A stretch of 64,000 bases of DNA from Eledone cirrhosa (GCA_964016885.1 OZ024741.1:374480001-374544000), one strand, 5' to 3'; positions 32,252-45,191 are shown, numbered from the stretch's first letter. Numbers and translations: made by a program. The notes: generated by a model not told the origin, from the letters alone.

Positions 32252-35200
32252 ATCATCATCATCATCATCATTTTACGTCCGCTTTTCCCTGCTTGCAAGG
32301 GTGGGACGGGTCTTATTCAGCACAGCATCTCTCCACTCGTCACGGTCCCTCGTCATCTCCACCGTGAGCTTCAATGATCTGAGGTCTGTTCTCACCACCT
32401 CCGCCCATGTTTTTCGTGGTCTACCTCTACCACGTCTTCCTTCAACTGGCATTTCCTGGCACTTCTTCACCCATCGGTCATCCTCCATGCGCATCACATG
32501 TCCATACTACCTCAGTCTCCTCTCCCGTACACTACATACTATCCCTCTCAGACACAGTTTCTCTCTCAACACATTTATGCTGGGTCGTTCGCGCACATTT
32601 ACACTGCACATCCAACGGAGCATGCTTGCCTCATTTCTCTCCAGCCGTCGCATATCCTCTGCGGTTGCTGCCCATGTCTCACTACCATGCAGCATCGCGC
32701 TCCTCACACAGGCATCATACAACCGGCCTTTCGTACGCAGGGAGAAACCCTTCTTCGTCAACAGAGGAAGCAGCTCCCTAAACTTCTTCCAACCCGTCCT
32801 TATTCTAGATACTATGGCCTCGGAACACCCTCCTCCCATGCTAATCTGATCTCCTAGGTACCGGAAGCTATCCACCACTTCTATAGCGCCCTCTCGCATT
32901 TGAAAAATGTGTCTATCAGTGCGATTTCTACTGTCTAATTTCCCTGTACATCTACTGCATACATATTTCTCCCTACCTGTTAGTTTGCCTGCTATCCCGC
33001 TACATCTCTTGTGTACCCAGGACCTGCATTGTGTGCATTTTATAGAATTTATGCCAGTTCCTTTTCTGCATATCGAACATGGCCATTTCCCTGACGAAAT
33101 CAGGGTTTTGTCCTCTTTTCTACTCATCAACACTTTTGTCTTAGCTAGATTTACTCTCAGTCCTCTTGCTTCCAACTGCTGTTTCCATAGCCGGAATTTA
33201 TTCTCTAGCTCCTCTACTGATTCTGCTATAAGAGCCAGATCGTCAGCATAGAGAAGTTCCCATGGACAGCCAGTCTTAAACTCCTCTGTTATGGCTTGGA
33301 GGACTATAATGAACAAGAGCGGGCTGAGGACCGAACCCTGATGTACTCCTACTTGTATCTGGAATTCCTCACTAAACTCCATTCCTACGCTGACTTTACT
33401 GGGAGTACCTCTGTACAAAGTTTGCACTGTCCTCACAAGCCATTTCTCAACACCTAGCTTCCTTAGGGACCACCAGATGACAGACCGGGGTACCCTATCA
33501 AAGGCCTTCTCTAGGTCAACAAAGGCTAAGTATAGTGGCTTATTCTTCTCTAAGAACCTCTCTTGCATTTGTCTCACCAAGAAGAGGGCATCTGTTGTAC
33601 TCTTCCCAGGCACAAAACCAAACTGCATCTCATCTAGTTTGACCCTTTCTCTAATTAGTTGTGCTAAAATCCTTTCTGCCACTTTCATAACCTGATCTAT
33701 CAGTTTTATACCCCTATAATTGCTCCTCTCCAAAGCATCCCCTTTACCTTTGTAGCAATTTATGAGAATACTGCTGCACCAGTCTTTGGGTATGACACCA
33801 CCATATATAGCCTGATTGATGATGCGTGCAACCAGTTTAGTGCCTATGTCCCCTGATGCCTTCAGCATCTCAGCAACTATTCCCGATGGTCCGGCCACCT
33901 TACCATTTTTCATTTCCCTAATCGCCTCTTGGACCCTATATTCGTCAATCTCAATAGCTGGTCCCTCTGTCGGATCTACCAAGGGTAATTTCTCTCTCTC
34001 CCATTCGTTCTCCACATTCATCAGTCTCTCATAATGACATTTCCAGGCCTCCTTTTTCTGGTCATTCGTGACACATTTATCTCCAACAACATCCTGATTT
34101 GCATTGACACACTGCCTTGCAATGTGGAACACCGCACGCCTCTGATCTTCCCGTTGCAGAACATTGGCAAACTTCCTACTCTCTGCCTCCCTGCGTGCTA
34201 AGTACACCTGATGTCTAGCTTCTCTCTTAGTGGCTGTATATTCTTCCCTACTCCCACCCTTTTTCCAAGCCTTCCATGCTAGTCTTTTGTCTCTAATAGC
34301 CTTATCTACTGTGCTGTTCCACCACCAGGTCACTCTCTGTCTGGTTGGAGCTCTGCTCCAGCCACAGGTTTCATCAGTAGCCTGCAGCAAGTTGTCACGT
34401 AAGAACTTCCAGTTATTATCTGTCATACGTCTCTAAATCGTCTTCTTTTTCGTCATATACATCTTGAAGGGCTTTCCTAAATTTGTATTTTAGTGAAAGG
34501 TCTTTTAGCTTCCAGACCTTTCTTCTCCACACCTTCCTATATGTCTCATTCCATCTCTTGCTTACTGAGATATCACTAACAACTAACCTATGCTGTGGGG
34601 TACATTCTTCCCCAGGGTATGCCTTGGTATTAGACACTATCTGCCTGTCCCGCTGCCTAACTAGCAGGAAGTCAATCTGGCTTATGTGCTCACCAGATTT
34701 GTAGGTTATTAGGTAATTGGCAGGTTTCTGGAAGTTTGTGTTGCAAATAGTCAATGTACTCGCATCACAAAATTCAAGAAGTCTCACTCCTTCTTCATTT
34801 CTTGAACCGTAACCGTGCCCACCATGTACCCCAGTGTAACCATCCTGGAGCTGTCCAACATGACCATTGAAGTCTCCTGCTAGCATAACGATGTCTCCGT
34901 CCTCTGTCATTGTGGTTGTTTGCAAAAGTTGCTCATAAAAGCAGTCTTTCTCATCTTTGCCTAGGCCTGCTTGGGGAGCATAGACCGAGATGATTGTCAG
35001 TAGTCTCCTACCTACAACTAATCTAAGCTTAATTATTCGATTACTAACTCGAACTACCTCTATTGTCTTATTGATCCATTTCTCAGCCAGGAAAATGCCT
35101 ACTCCCCCTAACCCATCATCCTTACCTACCCAGAATAGCTTATAGCTAAGACGCTTGCCTACGACTAGTCTCGCAGAGGTACCTCTCCATCTCACCTCTT

Positions 35201-35330
35201 GCACGCAGCACACATCCACCTGCCTTCTCTCCAGCATCTCCGCTATTTCAGCAGATCTACCTCTGAGAGTGCCAACATTAAGTGTTGCAACTCTGAGATG
35301 CGACGTCTTCATATTTTGTTGTTGTTCCTA
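32252..35330 (-). mobile_element. Near full-length RTE LINE family B (APE endonuclease + RT), inactivated
   Basis: ORF 34416-35312 has AP-endonuclease motifs (ATLNVGTL, VQEVRW, YAPQ, GDFNGHVG, QIDFLL, QHRLVV). ORF 32507-34426 has the RT motifs. There is a frameshift near 34420 and a TGG>TAG change at 32508 relative to the 3.8-4.5 kb copy. (CAT)n tail at 32252. Confidence 0.95.
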
Positions 35331-35774
35331 TGCTGTTTTGTTGCTGTGCTGATAAGCTTTTTGGCATTGATTGATACACTGGTTGGATGCCCTTCCTAAC
35401 ACCAGCGCCACTTTACAGCATGGACTGGGTGCTTTTATTTGTGCCACCAGCACTAGAGAGGATGTCTTACTAGACTCAAGGGCCCTCTCTACCCCTCCAT
35501 TTTACAGCATGGTCATTAAAAAAAAAAAAAAAAAAAAAAAAAACTTATTGACACGACGCACACACAAACACTCACACACCAATACTCATGCATACAAACC
35601 ACAACCACACACACGCCACTCACATACCAACACTCATTCATGCATACAATCACACACACCACTCACAAACATATATATACATATATTACCGACAGTACTG
35701 ATACAAAATCAAAATCGTCAAAGTCAAAATCACTATCATGTCAACTGTTGACCTTTCCCAGTCCAGTTCGGCTT

Positions 35775-36190
35775 GTATATAATAATAATAACAATAATAA
35801 TTGTTTGCTTTACGCTGGTAATGGCGGTGGTGGATGGTGTCAGTGTGGTGGTGGTGGATGGTATCAGCGTGGTGGTGGTGGTGGATGGTCAGTGATGGTG
35901 GTGGCAGTTGTTGGTGCTGTAGTTGTTATTGTAGTTGTTGTCGTTGTTGCTGTTGTTGTTGTCCTTCATTTCACTGCTGCTGTTGCTGCAGACAATGGTG
36001 TTGATGCTGTTATTGCTGTCGCATATATACAAATACATACATACACACACATTCAACACAGGCGATGGTGTTGTTGTTGTTGTTGGTGTTGCTGCTGTTG
36101 TAGTTGTTGCTGTGTTGAAATCTGGTCGTATCCACTGAGATATACCTATACACACACACACACATATGTATATACACATACATACATCAA
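35775..36190. repeat. Mixed trinucleotide low-complexity tract ((AAT)n, (GGT)n, (GTT)n, (GCT)n) and (CA)n
   Basis: Read directly from the sequence. Confidence 0.9.
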
Positions 36191-36451
36191 AAGAGAGTCA
36201 GCAGTATGTCAACAGGGGACAGGACAGCGACCTTAGAGTAATGTGGTGATGGTGGAGAGCGAGTGTAGGCGTTATTGTTATTGTGGTGACGGGGGGTCAG
36301 TGAGATGTACAAGTTCATAGATCACTTCTCTCTTTTCCTCTCTCTTCAAAATTTTGAATTTATGGCCTTTTGCAATGGCGGACAAGTATATATAATATAT
36401 ATATATATATATATATGAAGCAAAGAAAAGAAAATTTTCACTGATATGAAA

Positions 36452-36757
36452 GATTTCCTGGTAGAAGTTCAGGTGTATTCAGTGATTGGTATCCAGATTC
36501 GGGGTATCCAATTAGAAAATCCAACGAATCTTTAAGAGGGGTCCACGCAAGCATTGATATATATATGTATATATGTAAAATGCAAGCAGAAATAACAACG
36601 AACGATTTCCTGGTAGAAGTTCAGGTGTATTCAGTGTTGGTATCCAGTTTCGGGGTATCCAATTAGAAAATCCAACGAATTTTTGAGAGGGATCCACGCA
36701 AGCATATATATAGATATATATATGTATATATGTAAAATGTAAGCAGAAATAACAACA
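36452..36757. repeat. Direct tandem duplication, period ~152 bp
   Basis: gatttcctggtagaagttcaggtgtattcag... at 36452 and 36604. Confidence 0.9.
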
Positions 36758-37427
36758 CATATACTAATGAACATACATTAAACACAGAGGGACTGTAAAT
36801 GATAATAGCAATATCTAGATATAAATATATAAATGTACATATCTCTATTGGTCTCATAAATTTTCTCTTTCCTCTTGTGTGTGTAATATATATAAAACTA
36901 CCCTCTATACCCATGCCCCCTTCCTCCTTTAACATGCAATTGTCCTATACCATTTAGGTAACATTGCTCACAATCAAATATATAATCTCAAAATGATCAA
37001 GTATCTATGGGTTACCCCACTAGTACTCCTATTTGTATTATTTTAAATTCAATTTTTCATTTCATTTTGGCTTTTAACTTCTGATGGAGTTGTAGAGGTG
37101 CTGTAGTTATATATGACATATCTTGACTATTTTAAACCTGGCAGAGCCCATCTCTCTCTCTCTCTCTAAGTCTGAATACAGCTGATTTCTTCAAGAAAAT
37201 GAAAGGAATTGAGAAGATACATATAGAAAGAATCAACCCCCAGCACTGGACTGGTACTTTATTGACCTCAAAAGAATGAAAGGTAATGTTGAACTCAGGA
37301 CAAGAGGAATGAACAAATACTATGAAGCACCCTATCAGATGTTCTAATGACTCAGCCATTTCACCACCTTTTAGCATTTTACATTGACAACATAAAAAAC
37401 AAAAACATACTTAGACATATCCATATA

Positions 37428-37612
37428 ATAATTGTTTCTACTTTAGGCACAAGGCCAGCAATTACCCAGTGCATTACTGGTACTTTATTTTATCGACCCC
37501 GTAAGGATGAAAGGCAAAGTCAACCTCGGCGGGATTTGAACTCAGATCATAAAGGGACGTAACTTTGCTGGAAAGCATGGCGTCCGACCCTCTACTGATA
37601 CTGCCAATCCAA
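37428..37612 (-). mobile_element. tRNA-derived SINE (second family)
   Basis: ttgtttctactttaggcacaaggccagc...tttatcgacccc..aaggatgaaaggcaaagt...gatttgaactcag (B-box-like on the minus strand). Copies at about 10850-11000, 19400-19680, 28540-28690 (+), 37620-37780 and 41680-41870. Confidence 0.7.
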
Positions 37613-38419
37613 TAATGGTTACTAATTTTGGCACAAAGTCAGCAAATTTACATTGAAGGGGAAAATTGATTATCAGTACTTGACTGGTACCTTATTTTAT
37701 CAACCTCAGAAGGATGAAAGACAAAGTTGACCTTGGCTGAATTTTAACTCAGAAAGTAAAGAATTAGAACAAAAACTCTGCCAATTAATCTAAAAATATA
37801 AGTGGACAATATAATTATCCAAATAGTCTGAGAAGTTGAAAAACTACGTGAGCATTAATTCTGTATTGAAGGTTAATAGTTAAAATAAACACAAATACCA
37901 GTGACAGAGTAAGTTAAATGTTTAAAATGTTACTAGTTACTATAGAGATCAAGAACAATAGGTATAGTATGTCCTTTTATAATAAACACAAGACACTAAC
38001 AAATGACTGTACATGCAATAGACAGCAAATGTCTAGTTTACATAGGTTTTAGATGTCAGTGCTAAAATATCCATTCAGAAGAGCATTTACGGCTATAGAT
38101 AAACGAAACATTACAAAAATATGTTTACATAAAACAAAGACTAGTTAATACAGGATATAAAAGATAGTAAAGCAACCAATAGAAACTATACAAAAATAAA
38201 GACTGTAAATACAATATATGTAACACTTAGTCAAAACACACAAATTGCACATAATTTGTAATTATATGAACTAAATTCAACCCCAGTGCTCAACTGGTAC
38301 TTTATTTATTGGCCTGAAAGGATGAAAAACAAAGTTCATCCTATTCAAATTTGAACTCAGAGCAGAGAATGCCAGAAGGAATACTGCAATGTATTCTACC
38401 CAATACCCAAATGACACTT

Positions 38420-39430
38420 CTGTTACACATCCATCTGACCATATATGCTTCATTTCTTTCCAGCCTTTGTAAGTCCTCGGCATGCAGATCCCATATTTTG
38501 CTACCGTGTAGCATTGCTAAGCACATGCAGGCATCGTACAGCTTTCCTTTTATCTTAAGTGAGAGACCCTTTGTAGTTAACAGCAGCAGCAGTTCCCTGA
38601 ACTTTTTCCAACCCGTTCTTATTCTCGCGACTATGCTTTCTGCACAGCCACCTCCACAGCTGATTTGTTCTCCCAGATAGCAGAAGCTATCAACTATTTC
38701 TATGGGGTCTTCTGTGGATTTGAAGGGGCATGCTATCTCAGGGTCTTTGCTTACTATGCCTGTGCAGGGTTCACATATGAAGTCTGATTTCGCCAGCCTA
38801 CCTGTTTTCCCACTACATCTCTTGTATACCTTGGTACACTGGATAGAGTTTCTGCCTACCCCTTTTCTTCATACCGAACATGACCATTTCCAGGAGGATA
38901 TCAGAGCTCTGTTTCCTTTACTGCTTACAAGGATTTTGGTCTTGGACAGGTTGAGTTTGAGGTCTTTTGTTTCCAAGTTGTGCCTCCATGCCTGAAATTT
39001 CTTCTCTAACTCTGTCATAGACTCAGCTATGAGGGTAAGGTCGTCTGCGTATAGTAATTCCCATGGGCAGCCAGTCTTAAATTCCTCCATTATAGCCTGT
39101 AGGACAATAAAGAAGAGGAGAGGGTTAAGGACAGAACCCTGATGAAGCGCCACCTGCATGCTGAATTCCTCACTGTATTCATTGTTGATTTTAACTTTGC
39201 TGGTGGCCCCTTTGTACGAGCCACTCATCCATGCCTTGTTTTCTGAGGGCCCACCATATTACAAGTCGAGGGACTCTGTCAAAAGCTTTCTCTTGGTCTA
39301 TGAATGCTAGGTAGAGTGGTTTGCTTTTAGCCAGGTACTTCTCCTGCGTTTGTCCCACAAGGAAGAAGGCATCAGTGATGCCTTTACCCGCCACAAATTC
39401 AAACTGCATTTATCTAGGTCTCATCATTCT
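38420..39430 (-). pseudogene. Degenerate RTE RT remnant
   Basis: Fragments MQFEFVAGKGITDA, DQEKAFDRVP, HQGSVLNPLLF, LYADD and HGSKIW with frameshifts. Confidence 0.85.
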
Positions 39431-40634
39431 CTTATCAGTTATGTTATCTCTCTCTCTCTATATATATATATAGATATAGATAGATACACTCACATACAAC
39501 TGGCTTCCACATAATTTCCATCTATTGAATCTGATTCACAAAACATTTGTCAGCTCGAAGGTATAGTAGAAGATATGTGCTCAAGTTGTATCTGAACCTA
39601 AAACAATGTGGTTGCAAAGTAAACTCCTTAACCACACAGCCATGCCACCACCAATCTGGAATAATAGATCTAAGAATCGTTCTTAGTCATTTGATCAACC
39701 TATTTATGTGATAAGAGTTCTGATCAATCAGAGCTGAGCTGGCATCAAACAACCACAAAAACATTAGTTTCTGGAAAATGAACAGGTTGTCTGTGTTGAT
39801 AAAAGTCAGTTAAATAAAGCTCACAAAATAATATATATGTAATTGAGAGAAAAGATTTCTGATATTTTTATTGGACCTTTTGTTGGAAAAGAAATGAGAT
39901 TAAGTTGGATGGTTGACAAAATCAACAAATGATTTCTGTTGCAATAAGAGAATATTTACAACAATACATTGCTACCTACAACTGGGTATATATATATATA
40001 TCTATATATATATATATATATATCATCATCACCACTTAACATACATTTTTTCATGCTAGTATGGGTTAGATGAGTTGTCCCATTGTGAGACAAGTCAGAT
40101 CAGATGACTGTGTCTTGTTCATACAGAATTTGGTTTCTACATATAGATGTCCTTCCTAACACCAGCTACATTTAAAACATGGGCTGGATGCTTTCTATTG
40201 TGGCACCAAAATGACCAACTGACAGGTTGGACAAGGTGCTTTTTGTTGTGTAACCAACACAATCACTTTACAGGATGGACTGGGTGCTTATTTATCATGT
40301 CATTGGCATGTCCACTATAGAGAGTGGACTGGGTGCTCTGCTCTTTTGTCATATCACCAGCATGGTAGGCTAGGGGCTTTTGTTGTGTTACCAGCATGAC
40401 CACCTTACGGGGTGGACTGCGAACCTTTAGCCATTATAGCAATATTGTGGGGGAAGCATGTCCAGTTTTCCATGTTGTATGCACAAGAGTTGTACAAGAT
40501 GTGGAAAGTTGGTGAGGTGTGCATGTATGTAGGATGGAGATTGGAGAGGTAGGTGTAAGGTGGGGTACTTAGCTGGTGAGTGTTAAAATGTGGGATGTGT
40601 ATGGAGTGGGGAAGAAGTAGTGCATGCTAGTGAC

Positions 40635-40663
<29 letters not shown>

Positions 40664-40668
<5 letters not shown>

Positions 40669-40766
40669 GGTGTCCTCCAAAAATGTATATACACTTCAAC
40701 AGCATTCTAATAAATATTGCCTGTACAGGTAATCAAAGTGTGTACACATTTTTTGTACACCTTGCA
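40664..40766. mobile_element. Tc1-type MITE
   Basis: tacagggtgtcctccaaaaatgtatatacact / agtgtgtacacattttttgtacaccttgca termini, in a (TA)n context. Confidence 0.6.
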
Positions 40767-40840
40767 TATATGTTTGTGTGTATGCTTGAATATATATATA
40801 TATAGATACAGATGTATATATATATATATATATATATATA

Positions 40841-41179
40841 CGATATTAACAAATGGAAACTATATTTATAAAACCATATTTATTTCATTATACATATTTC
40901 AAGGATACCAAGTTAAATTATGGTATACCTTCATCAGACAAAATACAATATATACCAGTTTTATAAATAAACATTGACGTACCCTTTCAAAATGCAACCG
41001 TTACTTTTGGAAGACATCAGGATAGCATTTTGAAAGGGTACGTCAATGTTTATTTTAAAAACTGGTATATATTGTATTTTGTCTGATGAAGGCATACCAT
41101 AATTTAACTTGGTATCCTTGAAATATGTATAATGAAATAAATATGGTTTTATAAATATAGTTTCCATTTGTTAATATCG
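40841..41179. repeat. Long inverted repeat (155-bp arms, 29-bp spacer) of the family-3 hammerhead-like repeat
   Basis: 40841-40995 is the near-perfect reverse complement of 41025-41179. CTGATGA cores at 41083 (+) and 40937 (-). Confidence 0.92.
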
Positions 41180-41439
41180 TATATCTACTCCAAATACTTG
41201 TCGAGTGTTTTATATCAGTTATAAAAATATTTGCTTGTTGTATCCCAACAATTTAAATAGAACTTTTGCATATATATATATATAGTTATACTTTGGGAGG
41301 GTCATGTTTGTGTAATAATATTGCCAGAATTAATAACAGAACACACTCACGGTTTGGTTGGTTTTCGGTTCTGTGTCTTTTATATCGATTAATTTAATTT
41401 ATTCGGTCCTCAATGTTACCATTGACTGATCAACGGTCA

Positions 41440-42241
41440 AAAATACAGATATAATATAGACACAAACACATATATATAGTCTAACAAAGTCTTTCGTTGC
41501 ACATCTGCAACATCGTCAGTGGTGCTATTATGTTTCCTCCCGTTGTATTGTATGCCTACGCCATCTTTATTTAGTCTGTTTATTTATTTATTTATTTATT
41601 TATTCATTTCATATCAATTTATTTCATATCAAAAACCTCGCAAAGCTAATTCATCGCCATTATATATATATATATATATAATTGTTTCTACTTTAGGCAC
41701 AAGGCCAGCAATTACCCAGTGTATTACTGGTACTTTATTTTATCGACCCCATAAGGATGAAAGGCAAAGTAAACCTCGGCGGGATTTGAGCTCAGACCGT
41801 AAAGGGACGTAACTATGCTGGAAAGCATGGTGTCCGACTCTCTACCGATACTGCCAATCCACCGCCCTTCATTGTATGCCTACGCCATCTTTATTTAGTC
41901 TGTTTATTTATTTATTTATTTATTCATTTCATATCAAAAACCTCGCAAAACTAATTCATCGCCATTATATAAATATATATAATGGCGATGAATTAGTTTT
42001 GCGAGGTTTTTGATATGAAATGAATAAATAAATAAATAAATAAATAAACAGACTAAATAAAGATGGCGTAGGCATACAATACAACGGGAGGAAACATAAT
42101 AGCACCACTGACGATGTTGCAGATGTGCAACGAAAGAACTTTGTTAGACTATATATATGTGTTTGTGTCTATATTGTATCTGTATTTTAAAGTACCAGTA
42201 ATACACTGGGATAATTGCTGGCCTTGTGCCAAAAGTAGAAA

Positions 42242-42245
<4 letters not shown>
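41440..42245. repeat. Complex tandem/inverted repeat (family 4) with CTGACGA hammerhead-like cores, interleaved with SINE pieces
   Basis: 41440-41662 recurs inverted at about 41978-42188 and partially direct at 41871-41968. ctgacga-t-gttgca-gatg-tgcaac-gaaa occurs at 42108-42135 (+) and 41492-41519 (-). Confidence 0.85.
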
Positions 42246-42276
<31 letters not shown>

Positions 42277-42739
42277 AGGGTGTGGTAAGATACCAGGTGG
42301 ACCTTAACGCAGCAGAGTACTTAATACTTAGGGTAGTAGAGTGGGTAATGGGAAAAGAGTCAGGACCCCATGGCTGAGCTCTGGCTGTTTCAACAGCTAG
42401 ATCTAGCTGTTGAAACAACCATTAGGATCCTGACTTTTTTCCTATATATATATATATTATATACATAGGTGGTTGTGGTGGTACCATAAGAAAACACACC
42501 TGCTATACGCTGTGAAGTGGTTGGTGTTAGGAAAGGCATGCAGACATAAAAACTATGTCAGAATGCAATGTATGAGGTAGACATAGTCAGCTGACCTGTC
42601 TAACCTCAGGATGTGACATGTCTAACCTATGCAAACATGGAAAATAGATATAAAATGGTGATGATGATGATGGGGTATATGAATAACACAAACACTAGTT
42701 CAAGTATATTTTTTTTCTTGAAAGTCCCAAACAAGAAGC

Positions 42740-43340
42740 CACTTAGTGTAAGGGACAAAGAAGGAGAAATTAAGAGGAAAGGAATGAATTTACTTTAGAC
42801 TTGAAAGAGTTCAGGTTTTAAGAAAGAGGAAAACAATGAGATGGAAGAGAGTTCCAAAATTTGGCAGTTCAAGGAAAAAAGCTACAGCCATAGAAAGACT
42901 TCCTTATTCATGGAAACACAACATCTGGATGAAGACGCTGTGAGTTTCACATTAGGCAAGATGGCACAATGTGATCTGGAACCAAAAGAGAAAGTTCATC
43001 CGAGCTCTTTCCCTGGTCATAACGACAGAAAAGACTAAGAATAGTGACGTCACCTCGATATGACAAGGGTTGTAGTGTTGAAGTAACAGAGAGACTAATC
43101 AAATTAGAGACTCTCTTCTGTGGTAGTAACAATAGAAAAGACTAAGATTAGTGACGTCAAGTCAATATGACAAGGGTTGCAGTGTTGAAGCAAGAGAGAG
43201 ACCAATCAAATTAGAGACTCTCTTCTGAAACTGGTTGTGGAGATCCAAATGACAAGATGGTGCTCCAAATATGACAACTATATTCCATACAAGGACTAAT
43301 TGTGAACTTGTAAAGCTACAAAATGGCCTCAGATGTGAGG
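42740..43340 (-). pseudogene. Degenerate CR1-group LINE 3' remnant with an internal ~107-bp duplication
   Basis: Translation ...LQPLSYRGDVTILSLFCRY...SSDELSLLVP...WNSLP-like C-terminus. Duplication at 43021 and 43128. Confidence 0.65.
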
Positions 43341-44831
43341 TAGTCCTTTGACCTATACAATTCCCATTATGGGAAGCAGATCTACCAATTGATTGTAAGT
43401 AAGAGCCCCAAGAAAGATCAGGTAAGAAAGTAAGATATTACATATCAGAACGTAACTAAATGTTACATGTTATGGTTTTATGATTCTGACAATCCACCAA
43501 CGCTATATACTTTATATCAGTTGTTATGAACAGCTGTCCAAACCTACAGCATGTGTGGGAAAGACAGGTTGTTGGAAAATGATGAATTTAATGTATGACA
43601 GCTGTGTGTTTTGAGGGTAGCATTTCTTTGTTGTTTTTTTTCTACCTTTTAATGCTTTTATGCATTATTTTGAGGCCAATCAATGGCATATCCTTGAAAG
43701 ATTTTAATGTTATTTTGGGGCTGGTATTTATTTTATAGACAATACAACAGGTTTTTAATGATGCCAGAAATAGTTCCCATAAAACCTGTCTAAATTTATT
43801 CAACAATCAAGGAGTAGCAAAATATCAATCAGAAAGTAATTTGTCTCTAATACAGTTAGACATATCAATGAAAAGATATATATCCACTCAGAGAAGCATT
43901 TAATTATATATAAACTTAAGCCAAAATCTCAGTTGGGGGATATAAGTTAGACAAGCTAAAATAAGTCAGTTTCACTCATGGAGGAAATAGATAGCTAGAA
44001 GGGAGACCAGATGCCAGGTGCTAAGTATATCTAGCAAGGGGAGGAGTAGAAAAGAAGTTTGTACATGTTCTGTGTCATGAAGATCAGAAGTGTGAAGTGT
44101 TCTGGATTGTGAAACAGTGTGCTGGAGAAAATTGTGATGTGGTTGGAGAAAAGTGTGTCCAAAACGACATTGAAGTACATGACCTGTCTGATGCTGAAAA
44201 GAAAAAGGCATTTGGTAATCTGTCTGATTACCAAAGTTTGTTGAAGGTGTTCCACACTAAGATTGATCACAGAATAGTATAGTTGTGAAGTGAACATCTT
44301 AACCACACAGCCATGTTGACACTACTATTTGTAAGTATTAATTACAGCTGTTCAAATGAGTTGTATCCAAATTACTTTAATGTAACACATACATGATGAC
44401 ATCATAGCTAATTATGAACCATGGACATGAAAATTTGGTCATCATTTTAAATAATTATATACATAAATGCATCCTACCCATTGTAACTTTAGATCCCCAA
44501 AAAGTTATTGTTAAAACTTACTAAATCAAACATGTTATGAATATTTTTTTCACCTAGATATTTTGTTTCATTAGCCTGAATAAAAGAAACAAACAAACAT
44601 ATATAATAGGTGCAGGCATGGCTGTATAGTTAAGGAGCTCACTTTGCAATCAAGTACTTTCAGGTTCAGTCCCACTGTGTGGCATCTTTGACAAGTGTTT
44701 TCTGTTATAGCCTATGATTGACCTATGTCTTATGAGTGAAATTATTTGATAGGTGGAAACTGTGCAGAAGCAGAAGCCCATAATATATATATATATATAA
44801 TCATCATCATCTCCATTTAACATCCATTTTT

Positions 44832-44872
<41 letters not shown>

Positions 44873-44875
<3 letters not shown>

Positions 44876-45128
44876 TGAAACAAAATGAAAACGAAATTTC
44901 ATTTCTCACTCTTAGTATGGCACTTACTTAAATGTAAGTATGCATGTATACGTACATACATATATGTATACAGACGAACAAAGCGACGTTAGCGCCGCTA
45001 AACTGATACGTGCATATATGTATGTGTACCTGTATGCATATGTATGTATATATGTATATATATATATATATATGTGCATGCTACTGTACGTCTGTATACA
45101 TATATGTATGTACGTATACATGCATACT

Positions 45129-45131
<3 letters not shown>
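44873..45131. repeat. Rearranged (direct + inverted) fragment of the family-2 ~474-bp repeat
   Basis: 44873-44976 matches 5010-5113, then the sequence switches to the reverse complement of about 4600-4760. Flanked by (TA)n on both sides. Confidence 0.88.
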
Positions 45132-45183
<52 letters not shown>

Positions 45184-45191
45184 TAAAATAA

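Noticed and set aside
32076-32857. Plus-strand ORFs of 119-257 aa (also 3862-4418, 48613-49731, 47005-47391)
   Set aside because: Antisense or alternative-frame shadows of retroelement ORFs.
34416-34426. Programmed frameshift between the endonuclease and RT ORFs of the RTE
   Set aside because: RTE elements normally encode both domains in one ORF, there is no slippery heptamer here, and this copy has other lesions. It is most likely a mutation.
35640-36236. 198-aa ORF with poly-N/G/V/C runs
   Set aside because: Derived from trinucleotide repeats, with no domain signature or splice support.
36452-36757. 152-bp tandem duplication as another ribozyme repeat
   Set aside because: No CUGANGA...GAAA core found on either strand.
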